This document shows, in pieces, positions 15,168 through 27,415 of a stretch of 64,000 bases of DNA. A program made the position numbers and the translations under genes. Location of the stretch: positions 1-64,000 of the forward strand of contig JALDTO010000179.1 in the NCBI GenBank assembly GCA_023515725.1. The letters are read 5' to 3'. Each line of letters starts with the position of its first letter. Position 1 is the first letter of the stretch. Source of the DNA: Amoeboaphelidium protococcarum X5. Lineage: Eukaryota; Fungi; Aphelidiomycota. The notes beneath the pieces are model-generated. The model had not been told where the DNA came from. It searched no databases and saw only the letters and a list, made by a program, of their open reading frames with translations.

Positions 15168-18150
15168 TCACTGTTTCGGAACAGGACCGCCTTCAAGCAC
15201 GCATTTCGATCTTGTTCCACCGGTACAGCCTTGACTGATTCTGAGACCACAATTCTTACACTTTTTGTCTAAGCGCAGATTTTTCTACTATCCTGAGTCC
15301 GTTACGGTCGGAGTAAGATCAGTCTGTCCACCCATTTAAGGCACCACCTCATTGCTGACGAATCCAACTTAGCGCACTGTTAAAGACGAAGATTATTCTA
15401 CTACAGCAGGCTCCTCATCGTCAACAATCGCATCCAAATCCAGCTGCTCATCAAGTTCTTCGGCTACAGGATTGGCCAACAGAGTGATCATTCTATCAGG
15501 GTAGAGCTACTTACTCTCACCAACAGCCGGAAAGTGATAATCCAAGGCTACAGTTGCACTTAGCTAATGTTTCACCATTTACAGAGACAATGAGTGGAAG
15601 CTGATCGCGTTCTTTCTAGTGAGAGCCTTCAAAAACGTCTTGTAATACGACTCCAAATGTTCTGGAAGCTTGCATGTGATTGCGATTCCGTCAGGCTTTG
15701 CCTTCAATCTGCCAGCATTCCAGTCATCAGCAAACAACTTGTGGTCAATCTGCTTAAACGTGCCGCGCATATATTTTGACACACTGACATTGAAACACTT
15801 AATCTCTTCGACGCTCTATATTGGCAGATGAGGTATGAGAGTTTTCATTTTCACAGCCAAGTACTTCATGGATTCCGTATACTTCTCAATCCTTGGATCA
15901 GAGACACACACATTGACTTGCTAATCAGTGGAGACAACGGGCAAAATACCAAACGATTCGCCATGTAACTTCAACTAGTTGATAGGAGTCCACCAGTCAT
16001 GAACAGACAGACCATAAATCTTTTGCGTTATATCCTGAATCTTGTCAATCAAATCATGATCATAATGTCCAATAGTAGGAAATCCAGGACGATTCCTCTA
16101 AGATGCTCTTACATTATAGCGATTCCTCAGAACAGCAGCTGCCAGATCAGCATACTTTGGTCCAGCATTCCAAGGTTATAACTTCATTGCCAGCTTCTAA
16201 TGAACGGCACCTTCCACACTACTAGACCCACGAATACATCTGTACAAAGTTAGACCATCCTTGTCTTTACCTTTCTCATAATAAAGGGAAATGCCTTGAG
16301 GATCACTAAGACAGCCTCTGCCAGCGTGGATAAGTAGTTTGGCAAACTCCTCTTTGGCCACAGAATCCAGCAATGGCTTCCCACTATCAGGGTCCGTATA
16401 CTTTTCCTGACTAAATTCCATCAATACATGCCGCAATCTTTCAACAAGAACAGGCGCAGGTGGAATTAATCTACGGACACGCTGCAGTATATAATCAGGT
16501 TTACTATACAGTACGTCGTCGTAATTCAGACCCTTCTAGTTTAGAACACGAGCAACGTCATTCGCATCCTCCTAATTGACAACAAAGATAGCGTCACGGA
16601 GTTAGGAGCAGAACTCATACTGAAAAGCATGATGCCTTGGAATGCAAATTCTCTTCATAGCATGCCAAGCGTCTAATTTTACTCTAGAGCAACCATCACC
16701 AACAACAGGAAAAGATGCACAGTCAGTCAATTCAGTTTAAGGAGACTAGACTTCAGAATCAATTTCATTCATAATGGACGGCTGAGAGAACTGCTACTAA
16801 CCAGATACGACTGTTTCATAGATCAACAAAGAGGCTATAACATCTCTCGCTGCATATGTAATCTATAATTCTATTAGCTTTCTTGCGCTCCATTTCGAGA
16901 CTCTTACACCTTCATCTTTATCAAGCTCAAAACCCAAAAACTACTGAGTGAGAGTACGCAGACTTACTTTAGCAGATGAAATAAGGCATTTATCTTTCGC
17001 AATCTTGGCAAGATCTTCCACAGATTCAACCACTTGATTATAATCTTACATCAAAAGTCTAGCATCATCGCCAACCTTACGACCGACCTTCTTAATGCTG
17101 GCATCGCGCATAAATAGAGACAGAATAGTTGGTATCTACTTCAGATGGCACAGTTGAATAATCAGCACTTTACTACCAGGAAAACACAACTACAGTACAC
17201 TAACTTTACCTATCTTACCTTAATTACCACTGTCCTTTAAATATTCCCATTCACAATCAAATCCAACTACAAAGTCTCGTCCATCTTCTGCTTACTTCAT
17301 CTCATTGACCATGGAGCTAAATTAAACTTTTAGAGTCTATTAGTCGCTAACCACAAACACCTCACACATACCGACACCATGCAATGGCTTATGTAAGACA
17401 CCTACTTGAAAGGATGGAAATACAGATTCATCAAACTGACGGTCTTGACAGCATATACTGTATTAGTATAAACTACTTTAGGAGTCTTCATACCATTGCT
17501 TCCAAGAGTGTTGTACATTGCCTTAGGAGGCTGCGTGATATGCTGATGCGAGGTCGACTGAACAAAGCTCTAGGACCGAATCTCTTCATACTCATTTAAT
17601 ACCGTGTGAAACCTTCAAAAGTTTTAATACCACCTAACTATCCCAAATCGCGAGTGACTTTGAAGCTATGTTCAGCGCATATAACTTCTGCATCTCTTCT
17701 TTACTCTTCAAAATCAAAAAAATCCTTCTTTCTCGATATATATCATTAGCAACTTCATCATATATTTAGACTAGTCTCGGCGCGCGTTCTGCGCACCGAT
17801 GAAGTTAAATATATAAGTGTTAAAAAGCTGCATTACACCATCTATGATAATTCATTTCATTTTGTCGCTCTCTCTCTCCTTTGCGCTTTCAGCCTTGGGC
17901 TCTTCATCATCCGACTAATCTTCGTCAGATTAGTTACCATTTTGCTAACTATTTAGTTTAGTAAACCAGATCAGCCCCGCAGATTTTGATGAAGACTGTA
18001 CACTGATACTTGCAGTATTCACAATGTCTTCGATCCTTTTGGGTAGCTCCACAAAAAAAGACCGCAGCTATCCTGGCTGATTTCGTGTCCGGTCCAGCTT
18101 TCCAACTTGCCTGACACGTTCAAGACGCTTTTTGGCTTGAAGCCTTGAAT
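15168..18150 (-). mobile_element. Degenerate Dada-like DDE transposase with inserted DnaQ/WRN-type 3'-5' exonuclease
   Basis: In order: ICAEHSFK, TVLNEYEEIR, VYTN..CCQDRQF, exonuclease (VVGFDCEW, KVSVLQL, VSKWS..QITYAARD), RVKLDAWHAMKRI (DxxH), CLSDP, YRCIRGSSSVEGAVH and a terminal CxxC..C..C. Frameshifts near 17715, 17605 and 17460; open from ~17455 to TGA at 15168. Element ends not identified. Confidence 0.75.
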
Positions 18151-18976
18151 GAGGTTAATTAATCATACCTTTCAGCTAGGTAATTACGAGTAACACCAAC
18201 TTTTTTGTTGTACTGGAAGATAGATACTCCAACGACAACCTTAACACCATCGCACTTTTTGATCGCACCGGTCAGGTTACATTACCAGCAGGAGCAAAGC
18301 TTAGAAACTGGGTTTCGACAGGATAGCACTACGTCGAGTTAATCATAAGATTTCCATTCTTATGAATGGGTTCGGCGGTGATTTGGTAAAATCCTCCAAC
18401 TTCAGGAGTGTACACGCAGAATTCCCAGCCTGACGCCTCATCGTTAGGCCAAATAGACAATGCCAGTTCAGTATCAGATTTATTGAACGCAAATGTATAA
18501 GCAAAGCATATCAGAGGAAACCCATACTCATACCGCGTTTTAGGATCAGTATTCTTAGACTTTGGGACTGTTTGGATACCATCAATACCACTGAAGATAA
18601 CATTTGCGACAAAGAGGCTTTTGATTCAATTGATTGAACTATATTTAGATATTCAACCGATCGATGTGAGGAAAAAGTGAAGTGTTAGTTGAATGCGCTT
18701 TTATAACGCTGCTCTTTACTTGAATAAGCAAGCTTTGTTTAGTCTGATTTAGTATCTCATAGCGTGGATGCAATTGGTTGTCAATCTGTGTAATCTGTCT
18801 CAGTGCCTTGTTTAGTAATATGGAAGCCTGCTTTGGAAATTTATGAGCCTGATTCGTTATCTTTTCTCATTTCTAGTGGTACAAAAGCTTTTTATTTTGT
18901 GATTGATTGATGATGATGACAAAAGAATTAAACTTTAATTTAATACTTTTATAAAACTTACATAGGGTGATGGTAA

Positions 18977-21900
18977 TCATAGCAGTACTTCATGGCTGCT
19001 ACTCATCGATGCCTACCCACGCCTGTTCGCTGTATGACTATGGTTCTGATTATGATGATGAACATCCCCCGTAGAACCGCCTTGTTCATTTAGCTAGGAG
19101 CGAAGACTTCTTAACGCGACACTTTAAGGATCATCGTCGTGATGATGGGCATGTGCAGCCAGATTACTAGACTTTCTATCTTTAGTGCGGACATTATGGG
19201 ACTACTTACGACTTCCACGCGGTAGACTGTGAACCGAGTCAGAGTCGCGAGATTGGCGCGAAAGATCCAAATCGCGGTGAATAGCTTTAAACAGACTTAG
19301 ACGTCGTTTGGATTAAGACTATTCGTAAAACAATTGCTGCGATGGTGGAAGATTGAGCAAAGCCGCGCGAGGTTCCTCCTTCATACCAAAATTAAATCCA
19401 CAAATCTTACAACCGTCACCCGTAGGTAGGAAACGAATGATTGCAGCTATCGGGAATACCAACAGCCCACATATCAGAGACACCACCCACATCGCATTCG
19501 TAATCGGCACTGTATGGAACACTTCACCACCATAGTAAATGATCAATACCTAGGCGCCAACAATGAGGAACAAAAGGGGGATATAAAATTTATTCTTGAG
19601 AATACCCTTAAACACATTGTAACTACCATCGATTCTTCTGCTGTTAAACTGGTTAAACAGAATCTCAAACAAAAACACATTATACACCAGAGCTCCAAGT
19701 TGATACTAGTCATAACGCTGACTTACATCCAATCTAAAAACAGCAGGACCGACAAAGAACAGTATCAGACAGGATGTAATGCAATACGCGGACTGGCCAA
19801 GTATCATTTTCCACATCTCGACAGTGATCAGCGGATCATTTTTGCTGTCTGGGAAACGATCTAAAATGTCTTCAGTTGGACGATCAGTCGCCAGAGTCAA
19901 GGCAGCAATAGATCCAATGAGCATGTTGATCCAGAGCAATTATATAGCCGACAAGGCACTTTAGTTATTGGGACTAGCTATAGCGCTAACAAATACAATA
20001 GTCACAGCTGATATACTAATGGTCATTTAAAATTGAATGAACTTGCGCACAGAATCATTCACACTTCTTCCCCACATCATGGCTTTAAGGATGCTAGTAA
20101 AGTTGTCATCCATCAATATGATATCACTGGCTTCTTTACTAACCTCTGTACCTGTGATGCCCATACTGAAACCAACATCAGCCATTTTTAGAGCAGGGGC
20201 ATCATTAGTACCATCACCAGTCACAGCTACAGTCTCGCCCATCTCCTTCAACTTACCAACCAGAATCTGCTTATCGCCAGGACTAGATCTAGCTAGTACC
20301 TATAGACGAGGTAGCATTTCTTTCATTTCCTTATCAGGCAAATTGCGAAATTATGGTCCTTCCATTATTACACCACCAGCAGTGTAAATTCCACACTTTT
20401 TGGCAATAGCAGTGGCAGTGTGCACATTGTCACCAGTCACCATGCGAACAAATACACCAGCCTTCTAGCATCTCTTCACCGCCTCAGGTACACCTTCACG
20501 CAGAGGATCTTCAATACCAACCAAAAGTATCACGGCCAAGTCATGATGGCACATCTCTTCGAGCTACTCTGCAGCTTCCGCAGGCACTTCTTTACCAACA
20601 TTTTTGGCTCCCACTATATCAATATACTCGCTCATAGGCATATCTTTAAATGCAACCAAGATGGTACGAAGACTTTCATCAGCAAAACTCGATATTTTGC
20701 CAAGCATCTAGGCACGTAAAGAATCCGTGAAAGAAACCACTTTATACTGTACTGAGGCATTATCTTCCAAGACCATGATCTGACTAGCATACTTTAGCAC
20801 AATCTCAGACGCACCTTTGACGTAGAATCTGACCGTGTCATCATTAATCTTGACCACGGTGCTCATACTCTTACGCTCACTACTGAACGGATACACCTGG
20901 AAAACAGACTTGTCAGTCGCCGCCTTATAAGAAGTATAGTCGTGTAAGCCCATCTTGACACAAAATTCCAGTAGCGCAGACTCTGTCTTATTACCCACAA
21001 AAGACTTGGCACCTTTCTAGTCAACCTCCTCAAATGCATTAGAGTTCATAACAACAGAATCTATCAGGAGATTTACATATTAAGGACCGCTGAATGGCTA
21101 TGATTATACCTATCTATATTTAGTATCCAGCACGTCTTCCTCCTTCTCATTCAACTTCTTCTTTAACTTGGCGATACCACTATCATTCTTAAACTCAGTC
21201 TTACAACCTATAAATCCAGCCACCACAGTCATCCGATTCTGCGTCAAAGTACCAGTTTTATCACTACAGACAGTGGTAGCATTACCCATAGTCTCACAGG
21301 CACTAAGCACACGCACAAGATTATTATCCTTCATCATTTTGATGATTCCATAAGCCAGCGCAATGGTAACGGCCAGTGGAAGACCTTCTGGCACAGCGAC
21401 AACAATAATAAGAACAGACAGAACAAAAATCTTTATGAAGTTCTCAAATACTACTGGGCCCTCATCCCAGCCAGTAGTACTCTGTTGTATTATATACTTG
21501 ATAACCAGAATCAATAGCAGTAAAAGACTGACACTTACTGCAATTTTGGCAATATTCTCTGCCAGTTCGTCCAGCTTTATCTACAGAGGTGTATCCTCAG
21601 ATGGAACGCGCAAGCTCATCATCACCTTCCCGCTGTAAGAGAACTCGCCAACACATGTTACAAGAAACTGGCCAACTCCCTCAGTAATTTTACCACCACC
21701 TAATATAAAAGGATCAATATCATCAGCATTTTCGGCGTACGGAGCTTTTCTGATAATATCTGACTCTCCAGTGGCAGAACTTTCATCACAGCGCACATTG
21801 TGTCCAGAGATGAGAATGCCGTCCACATTCATAACATCACCAGGCTCAAGCAGTAGAATATCACCAACCACAATATCAAATACAGACAACATCTAAACCT

Positions 21901-22411
21901 ATCCGCTACGCAGGCACTTTACCAGACGATCTTCCTTCTTGGAATTCAATTTCCTAAACTGAGCCTCCTTTCTGTAATCATTCACAGCCTGTACAAGAAC
22001 AACAATCAGAATAGAGATGATAATAGCCAGTCCTTCTACCCAATGAGGCTCAGTGGACGTCTTATTAGGCCGCAGTTCCAAGAAGAGACCGACGGCAAGG
22101 GATATCACGGCGGCGACTGAGAGAACGATCAGAGTCTTATCGTGCAAGGCAATCCACACTAACGATAGAAAGGTCTAAGGCGGTTACTCAGGCAGCCTGT
22201 TCTCACCGAAGTATTCTTTCCTGGAATTAATGTCCTCCACTCCATCCTTATTAAGACCAGTTTTCACATCAGATCTCAGTGCCTACTGCAATCCCTCAAC
22301 ACCGCCCAAAGAGTGTAGAGCAGCCAAGTCTTTAGGGTCAAAGAGAGCCTGTAAGTCTTCAATCTAGAGTGGAAATTCATCCTCCTACTTGGGAGAATAT
22401 TGAGGTTCCAT
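18977..22411 (-). CDS. P2B (PMCA/Pmc1-type) P-type ATPase, copy 3
   Basis: Intronless 1144-aa frame, near-identical to copy 2 over most of its length (offset 7544 bp in the central and 3' parts). Confidence 0.95.
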
Positions 22412-22806
22412 AAATGAAGTTAAATTATAATAAACTCTATGCAATACTAAATGATATAAAGTAATAGGCAAAGTTGTATAGAACGGTAATCATCAAACTA
22501 CCTGATGAGAATGAATAGAAGATCAGCCTGACTAATAAATAGGGGCGACGAAATGGCAAACAATGACGACGACGAGGGGGATCGATCTTTGTTTCACACA
22601 ATCTCAATCTGTCGAAATGGCAACCAACGGCTGTGAAACATGGACTCGCGTTCTTTATTCAAACATTTAACTACAACAGCACAACCAGCAATTTGGAACC
22701 GAGAAATAAAAAACGCTTTTACAATTAAAGCATTGCGTACATAGGTGGCATTTCTATTAAACTTCATGAAATGAGTTCCATGTATGTATCCTCATTTCTT
22801 ACAACT

Positions 22807-23247
22807 TCAATCATTATCAACCAGAGCGACCTCTTTGTAAAGAGGACGCGTTACATGAAATGACAAGCCAGAACTTCCTGTTTATACTATATCATCAAAT
22901 TGAGCGTTTAGTTCACCCAAAATATCTTTAAAGAGAAGCTTTGTATGATGTTTCACAACTACATCAGTAAATAAAGTAACATCCGCATGGTAATAAGAAG
23001 AACTTGACGGGCGGGCACTTGTTCTCCAAGTAATAGTCACCCGAACATCGTTGATAAGTTTAGTCACAGGAACTCCAGCGATTCGATTGTGAATAAACTA
23101 CAGAATTTGGGACTTGACTTCTTTGCTAAGATGACGGCGGGAAATCTTTACATTCAAGATATGAGTAACATTTCCACCACCTCGAACAAGTTGTTTAATT
23201 GCATTTTGCAGACTGGACAAACTCCCACCTGTCTTGATTGGTGCCAT
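22807..23247 (-). CDS. Hypothetical protein (146 aa), possibly a gene remnant
   Basis: Two track ORFs (23098-23424, 22882-23067) join in frame when TAR=Gln, from MAPIKTGG to TGA. No family recognised. Confidence 0.3.
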
Positions 23248-25414
23248 TTTATTTTCGAAAATGAAACGGAAAGTGTTGACAATTAGAGACCGAGAGAGAA
23301 ATAAAGGAACGCTTGCAATTGATTGCATGTCCCCTTTAGCGTAGTTGGTTATCCGGTTATAATGTTTAATTCTCTGGAGCTGAAGCTGTCGGTTCTGTGT
23401 GATCCCATAATGTCGTCTACCCAAATGAAATGTATGGGAAATTTGTAGCGCTTACCTGATTAATCCTAATCAATATAATGGATTGGGATACAAAATTTCT
23501 GTATATATGAACCTGGCCTGACTATAGAACGTTACGTCAAAATATTCTTGAACAATGATGAAAATTCTGAGGGCGCTGACTTTTTAAACTGCTTATACTA
23601 CAGGCACTTGCTTCAATCAATCTCTAGTCTAGAAATGATCCTGTTGGTATACCCTCCTCATTTGTGGATTGAGTTGCCATTAATGAATTTACTTAAAATG
23701 CATTGAGCAGTCTGATATTTATTAAACTGTCCCCCCTTGGGCAAAGCTGATCTCTTTGTGTGTAAATTGATATTATTAAGCGTTGGGACTTCAGTCGTGT
23801 TCGATAACCTTACAATGCTATATAAAATTGTATAATTTTAAAATATTGTAGTGGAGATATAGATGGTTACCACTCGTAATTCAAGACATTAATTTTAACA
23901 AATAAGCACCTTATCGAGACGTTAATCTCAACAGATTAACAGTCGAAATAGCAATGGCAATCAGCCTTTGAGTTGCGGATGTGTTTATTGAGTCCTCTAG
24001 TGCCAGAATCGTATCCTCTGACTCTGACACGCGTAGTTTGATATCTACACCTGTTGCCTAAGTCGAGCATTTGGATTTCCCTGGAGGTTCCTCTTCGTCT
24101 TTGCCTGTCCAAGACTCTGGACAGTAAACTGTATCCATGCGTTTTACTGAGACTTTACTATTGTAACGCTTTACAATTGACGTGAAACAGTTCATACCAT
24201 TACCTGATAAAAGAAAGTTTAATGGATTAGATGTAATGTCTTTCGAAAGATACTTAAAATTGGAGAGCATCATACTCTGTGACGGTGTCTAAAAGAGTAT
24301 CGTTGAGACTGCAAGCGCACTTACTGTCCATATCCGAAGGAACTGAATTCTGATGAGCAGGGCAATCTGTAATCTGAAGATTCTCTGGAGGCCGAGGAGG
24401 ACTCAAATATCGCATTCAAAGCAAATGCCAAAAGGAGTATTGAGATGAAGTCTGTGCAGTCGGTTGGAGCAGTAGGAAAGCGTGCAAAAGTTTAAGCTGA
24501 TACGTCTGAGGTGACTTCCAATTAAAGCATAGAAAATGCCGCAGAAGAAGTTTACCCATCTTATCCGTGGCATTATCTTACTGGACTATCATATAGAGAT
24601 TTAACAAATGCTTATGCATAAAGTGACGATTAAATATTTATTAAAAATTTGTTGAATATTTAAAATTCAGATTTCCTGATGTCTTCTTCTTCTTCAAACA
24701 ACTCTTGCTAGATAATACAATCCAACGTTATTGTACTCTATTAGTTTGTATCTGCTGGTCTATCTCGACTGCGATATACATCTCTCACTGCAGCCTGCCA
24801 TTGCTACTATCATCTCAAGCATCTGCTGCGACCTTTGAAACAGTCCTATACTAGCTGCTTGCCTCTGTCTCCACTGCTCAGTTCTGATGTTTCTGCACAG
24901 TCTTGTCTCTTAACTGCATCCGCTTCTGGTTGTCTCTACTCTACTTGCCTGCTGATGTCGCTTCTTCCTTCTCCTGTACATCCGCCTCTCATTCTGTGGT
25001 CAGCATGTTGTTTCCTGTTCCTCGTCTACCTGCTTTTGGCTGTAGGTTGATGGTGCTGCTCGATCCTATTATCAACAATTGTCCCGTCATTGCGCTTACT
25101 CGGTACGCTTATCTTTCAGACATCATTTTTTGTAGTGTTCATATAATGATAGGTGTTATGTGTAGGTGTGATAGTTCTCAGTGCGCAAGGTGTCCCCTCT
25201 GTGTTTCTCAGCCAATGTACTCTGCGTATCGAGTGTACCACGTCTCCTCTACTCACCATGGTTATGTCTTCAATCTGTATTCTCGGTAACATCTGCGGTC
25301 TATCTCGCTGATGCTTCCGACTCTCTGTTGGTGCATATCGGTTCACTCATTTGATCTCTATAATACCTTTGAGTAAAGTCGCTACTCTAAGACGTTTGTA
25401 ACAAAGACGACGAC

Positions 25415-25579
25415 AGCACGATAAGATAAGGTGCTTAAGACATATAAAAAGATAAAAGAAGCACTATAATTAAAGGTGCATAAAAAAGATAAAAAAGAAC
25501 TTCATTAGCTCGATAACTTACGGTGTCTAATAATGGTGGCAAGACTTAAGTCTCTACTAGCACGATAATCTACGGTGCA
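25415..25579. repeat. Four imperfect 21-bp palindromic repeats, consensus AGCACGATAA-N5-GGTGC(A/T)
   Basis: Copies at 25415-25435, 25460-25480, 25507-25527 and 25559-25579, with periods of 45, 47 and 52 bp. Confidence 0.8.
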
Positions 25580-25589
25580 TAAAAAATCT

Positions 25590-25840
25590 GGCCAAATGGA
25601 CCTTAATGGTACCATGGCCCACAACTAATGGGAGCGACTGGGCCCGAGCTGACTGCATGGTGAATCCTCGAATCTGCTACTCTTCACTGACCGTCTCAAT
25701 GTTATAGGCTAGTACGTGGGACTGTCGCCGGGTAAGGGGAGCGTTCAGTTAATACTCACTGTTCGTAAAACCTTCTGGCGCAGAGATGACAGGTGGATCC
25801 TTGGCAGCAGTTCGGGTCTGGGTAGTGCCTTTGCACTATT
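25590..25840 (+). ncRNA. Candidate structured non-coding RNA or structured mobile-element end, family unknown
   Basis: GC-rich island with nested stems: 25640-25651 pairs with 25808-25819; inner CTGCTACTCT/AGAGATGACAG and CGCCGG/CTGGCG; 5' hairpin 25590-25619; 3' hairpin 25823-25838. G-U pairs favour the + strand. Confidence 0.45.
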
Positions 25841-26058
25841 TAATAATGAATGAAGTGATTTTATATATTGTACTTCATTCCAAATACTTTCATATTCTTG
25901 TTTCTCTTTCTATACATTGACTTGAACTGAACCAGTTGGATTCTTGATGGAATCGCTGTCTTGATGCTCGTCTACTTCATCAGAGTGCGTATATGATGCG
26001 ATTAGTCATGATGCCGACTCCTCTTCTGATGACAATAGCCTCACCAATTATTGTTTTA

Positions 26059-26625
26059 ATGACATTCTCTTAAAGTTCAAAGCCAGATATTCACAATATG
26101 GACCAAGGATAGTGGGAGCGCGTCAGTGATGAATTTGATTCTGAAAGTGAAACCAGACTTGAAACTGAAGTAAGTGACGCGCCGTTCACAGATGCTGCCC
26201 ATTTAGGCGATTCTACTGATGATGATGTTGAAGAAAAGATTGAGACTGAGACTGAGTGCGAAGACAATGTGATGGCTCAGTCTCATTCTGGTGCAAAAAA
26301 CTTCACCTTATGGAAGATGACAGCTTTTGAAGATATCCATCTTTCCACTATTCTAATCTCCTCCGTAATCGCCCTCAATTGCGGTGCTCTACTACTATGG
26401 AGTATATATCACTTTATCTATACAAACAGGACTCAAACAGTGTCCGTGTAAATAGCTGAAGCTGAACCTTAATGTTAAGAAGACTCTTAAGTCTATTGCA
26501 TTAAAGTACCATTATCCATTGCATAGTATTTCAACAAAGTAATAGCAGTTAGTCAAAACAGCCTTTATTATGGAAAAGACGCCTGGCAAAAGTTGACACG
26601 CCAGTTGCAATAATACATTGAATGA
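26059..26625 (+). CDS. Hypothetical single-pass membrane protein (188 aa)
   Basis: Acidic N-terminal half, hydrophobic segment ILISSVIALNCGALLLWSIYHFI, TGA stop. Confidence 0.55.
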
Positions 26626-27415
26626 ACGAAGTGAAATAAAAGAATCTTTGCTCAAATTTTTGTTCTACAGTATATTCTGTGTGAATTTGGTCACATTACA
26701 TGTATTCTCCTGGTAAAAGCGCCAAGATTTTGCATACTATCATCAGGAGGCAAATGTTCTCAACCTGCATCAGAAGGGTGTGACAATTACCTTAATCGCG
26801 CTATATGCGCCAATACCACCCCTTGGAAGGTAAAAGTACTTTGATGGATGCGAGAACTGCAGTAAACAACTTAGGTTCTGAGTTGATCAATATAGGTGAA
26901 GAAGTGAGCTATAAGCTGCAAACGCCGAACTCTAATTTTTAGAGATTTAGTGGTGCTAGGTATATCTAAATCTAATAAAGAAGAGGTGTCTTTATCGGGT
27001 ATGTCTTACAGTAATACTTTATTGATGTAGTACATTGTTCTACAATGTTCATGGCGAAATATAATAAGAACAAGATCAAGTTTGTGGCTATTGCTTAGAA
27101 TTTTGAGCGACTTGAAACACGGAACTTCTATGGCGCGTAAAGCGTTCTAACTACTTCCGATGATATATTTTTATGCAGTGCAATAGTAGAGTCAAATTTT
27201 TTTATACTTATCGCGAAATATATGATTACAAAGTATTCAAGTAAGTTGAAGCTTTTAGATGGAATTATAATCTCACGGCGTCTATTGAGTTAAAGATGGA
27301 TTAGCGATGTTGACGCCGTTCCGATTGTTTCCCACTGAGCCGACGACACACTCCGAACTGCAATAAATCATTGCAGTTTTCATATAATTTGGTCAGCTAA
27401 ATTTAATAAAAAGTC

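Noticed and set aside
14880-18960. tRNA/snRNA target fragments or terminal repeats flanking the Dada-like element
   Set aside because: None could be seen by eye. No tRNA gene, including a TAR-decoding tRNA-Gln, was found anywhere in the window.
25415-25579. CRISPR-like array
   Set aside because: Eukaryotic context, no cas genes, degenerate repeats, and the first two spacers resemble each other and are low complexity.
25729-25740. CCCCTTACCC on the - strand as a telomerase RNA template
   Set aside because: It lies within a predicted stem, G-U pairs favour the other strand, and the telomere repeat is not known from this window.
26829-26850. GKSTL as a P-loop NTPase remnant
   Set aside because: No upstream GxxxxG context or Walker B motif; likely chance.
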